From Candidatus Omnitrophota bacterium (GTDB lineage: Bacteria > Omnitrophota > Gorgyraeia > JAFGGP01), in contig JAFGGP010000021.1 of the NCBI GenBank assembly GCA_016930485.1, positions 12,452 to 76,451 on the forward strand: 64,000 bases of DNA, read 5' to 3'. The notes beneath the pieces were generated by a model. The model ran no database searches. It saw nothing but the letters and a program-made list of their open reading frames with translations, and had not been told where the DNA came from. Every line of letters begins with the position of its first letter. Position 1 is the stretch's first letter. Shown here one piece after another: positions 62,428 through 64,000 of this stretch. Both the position numbers and the translations under genes were made by a program.

Positions 62428-63174
62428 TTAGCGGACAATTACTGAGGCGCTCTGATCAAAGGGGTTGGTGCGCAATGCGAGGGAAAAAAGATACGGATAA
62501 TTCTCTTTCAGGTGATTCATATAGCTAACCCACTCGATAGCCAAGGAGTGATACGCCCTCGTGATGTCACCTGCCAGGTGCTGATAATCTGATTGGGGCA
62601 GTGTTCTCAAATCGTCTCTATAAGCCAGCTCTTCGGAAAGGTGAAATACCGCCCATAAGAGATCGGTAAAAGAGTCATGCTCCAACAGGTTGGGGTTTTC
62701 GAGCAGGCGCAGCAAAAAATCCCTGCGCTCGATAAGAAAAATACGGAGCATCTCGAGATCTATTTTGTTAATATCCACGGTATAGGTGCGCCCTTTTAAG
62801 TATAGAGCGGCGGCCCGAAATTCCTTTCTGGTCCAGCTGTCCTTTGCCGGAATATGCTGTCGTATTTCACCGGCCTTCCGATCAGACTCCGAACAATAGG
62901 CTAAAAGACGGGTGCCGACCTCGCTAAAAAAGGTCCCGATAATCATATTGAGTTTTTCAAAAAGAGACCGCTTTTCTCTGATAGCCAAAAGCTGGTGGAT
63001 AATCAGGGTAACAAAAAGTACCTCGACCGGGACAAAAGCAATATCCCCCACCAAATAAATCATGATGTGATGCATATCATGAAAGAGAATATAGTGGAGA
63101 AAATAGAGGCCTGCCGATAATCCGATAAGGACTAACGCCAGCATAATTTGCCACCTGTGTTTTTTCATATTCAT
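62428..63174 (-). CDS. hypothetical protein with two N-terminal TM helices and a cytoplasmic helical domain
   Basis: Intact ORF with an ATGA overlap onto the upstream activator gene. I recognise no family. Confidence 0.6.
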   Translation of the reverse strand: MNMKKHRWQIMLALVLIGLSAGLYFLHYILFHDMHHIMIYLVGDIAFVPVEVLFVTLIIHQLLAIREKRSLFEKLNMIIGTFFSEVGTRLLAYCSESDRKAGEIRQHIPAKDSWTRKEFRAAALYLKGRTYTVDINKIDLEMLRIFLIERRDFLLRLLENPNLLEHDSFTDLLWAVFHLSEELAYRDDLRTLPQSDYQHLAGDITRAYHSLAIEWVSYMNHLKENYPYLFSLALRTNPFDQSASVIVR

Positions 63175-64000
63175 CTCTCAACGTCTTTATTAATGGCGAT
63201 CCTGTATTTCTCGATTTTATTATGCAGGGTATTGCGGTTCATTCCGAGAATCTTGGCCGCCTTGAGCTGATTGCCTTTTGTCTCCTTCAGGGCATTGACA
63301 ATAAGGGCTTTTTCTACCGTGGTCAGCATATCCTGCTTTTTGTCTGTCCCGGAAAGAGAAGAAAGCTGTCTGTAAAGGGAATCCAGAACGGTCTCGAGAC
63401 TCTGCTGCTCTTTTATCAGCTCGTCCGTCCCCGTTTCTTTTTTTCCTTCGGCAAATACAGGCAATTCATCCGCAAGGATATGGTCGCTTTTACTGAGAAT
63501 GCACAGCCTTTTGATCGTATTCTCCAATTCCCGGATATTGCCGGGCCAGCTATATGCCTGCAAACGCTCCAAGGCCTCGTTACTGAAACCGGTTATCGTA
63601 CGGCCCAGCTCTCTGGCATACCGGCTCAGGAAATATACTGCCAGATCAGCGATGTCTTTCTTCCGTTCGCGGAGAGGCGGGATGGTGATGCTCACAACGT
63701 TCAGGCGATAGTACAAATCCTCGCGGAAAAGCCTCTCTTTCATCAGGGTTTCCAGATTCTTATTTGTTGCAGCGATCAGGCGGACATCCACATTGATCGG
63801 CGTATTACTGCCCAGCCGCGTGATCTTTCTTTCCTGGAGTACCCGCAGCAGTTTTGCCTGGATGGGAAGCGACATATCTCCGATTTCGTCCAGAAAAATC
63901 GTCCCTCTGTCACACTGCTCAAATTTTCCGATGCGCTGCGCCTGTGCATCGGTAAAAGCCCCCTTTTCATGACCAAAGAGTTCGCTCTCAAGAAGGTTCT
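63171..64000 (-). CDS. sigma-54-dependent Fis-family transcriptional activator (NtrC-like; N-terminus outside the window)
   Basis: Hand translation continues upstream of the track ORF: GAFTDAQAQRIGKFEQCDRGTIFLDEIGDMSLPIQAKLLRVLQE (AAA+ Walker B). This is followed by RVDVRLIAATN, and a C-terminal HTH GNQLKAAKILGMNRNTLHNKI. Confidence 0.9.
   Translation of the reverse strand, partial: NLLESELFGHEKGAFTDAQAQRIGKFEQCDRGTIFLDEIGDMSLPIQAKLLRVLQERKITRLGSNTPINVDVRLIAATNKNLETLMKERLFREDLYYRLNVVSITIPPLRERKKDIADLAVYFLSRYARELGRTITGFSNEALERLQAYSWPGNIRELENTIKRLCILSKSDHILADELPVFAEGKKETGTDELIKEQQSLETVLDSLYRQLSSLSGTDKKQDMLTTVEKALIVNALKETKGNQLKAAKILGMNRNTLHNKIEKYRIAINKDVER

Overview
The window looks like a gene-dense bacterial chromosomal segment of about 53% GC, mostly transcribed on the minus strand. 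It has no rRNA, CRISPR array, transposase or integrase. The gene content suggests an anaerobe (Desulfobacterota- or Nitrospirota-like), but that is inference only.

Gene content, left to right:
- 1-3.6 kb: a Fur-box-flanked cluster for metal or Fe-S cofactor handling (MinD-ferredoxin ATPase, NifX-like proteins, DUF5320-like proteins).
- 4.6-7.3 kb: a thiol/persulfide redox operon (CoA-disulfide reductase fused to rhodanese, thioredoxin, ArsR).
- 7.4-8.0 kb: a CsoR repressor paired with a secreted Cys-rich peptide.
- 9.6-11 kb: a ZIP metal transporter.
- 11.6-17 kb: a GGDEF enzyme, peptidoglycan-binding lipoproteins and two-component signalling genes.
- 17-24.5 kb: RlmI, a cation/proton antiporter and MacAB-TolC.
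- 28-32.4 kb: an ECF sigma, anti-sigma and Spy module followed by ArnT-like glycosyltransferases.
- 32.6-37.3 kb: an orphan GspF-like gene, msrA and DUF genes.
- 37.9-46 kb: a fused membrane/spermidine-synthase gene, a MATE transporter and a minor-pseudopilin operon.
- 50.3-64 kb: a nitrogen-assimilation supercluster (gltDB, fis-like, glnA, glnK, amtB, porin, NtrC-like activator) with two canonical sigma-54 promoters.

The most notable signals are RNA-level and are not in the ORF track:
- a tRNA-Asn(GUU) gene split by a 247-nt group I intron;
- a structured trailer after that tRNA, ending in a 19-nt copy of the tRNA 3' end;
- a GEMM-I c-di-GMP riboswitch with a terminator platform, upstream of the pseudopilin operon;
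- a tandemly duplicated glnA leader with a covarying hairpin;
- several families of dispersed or palindromic repeats.
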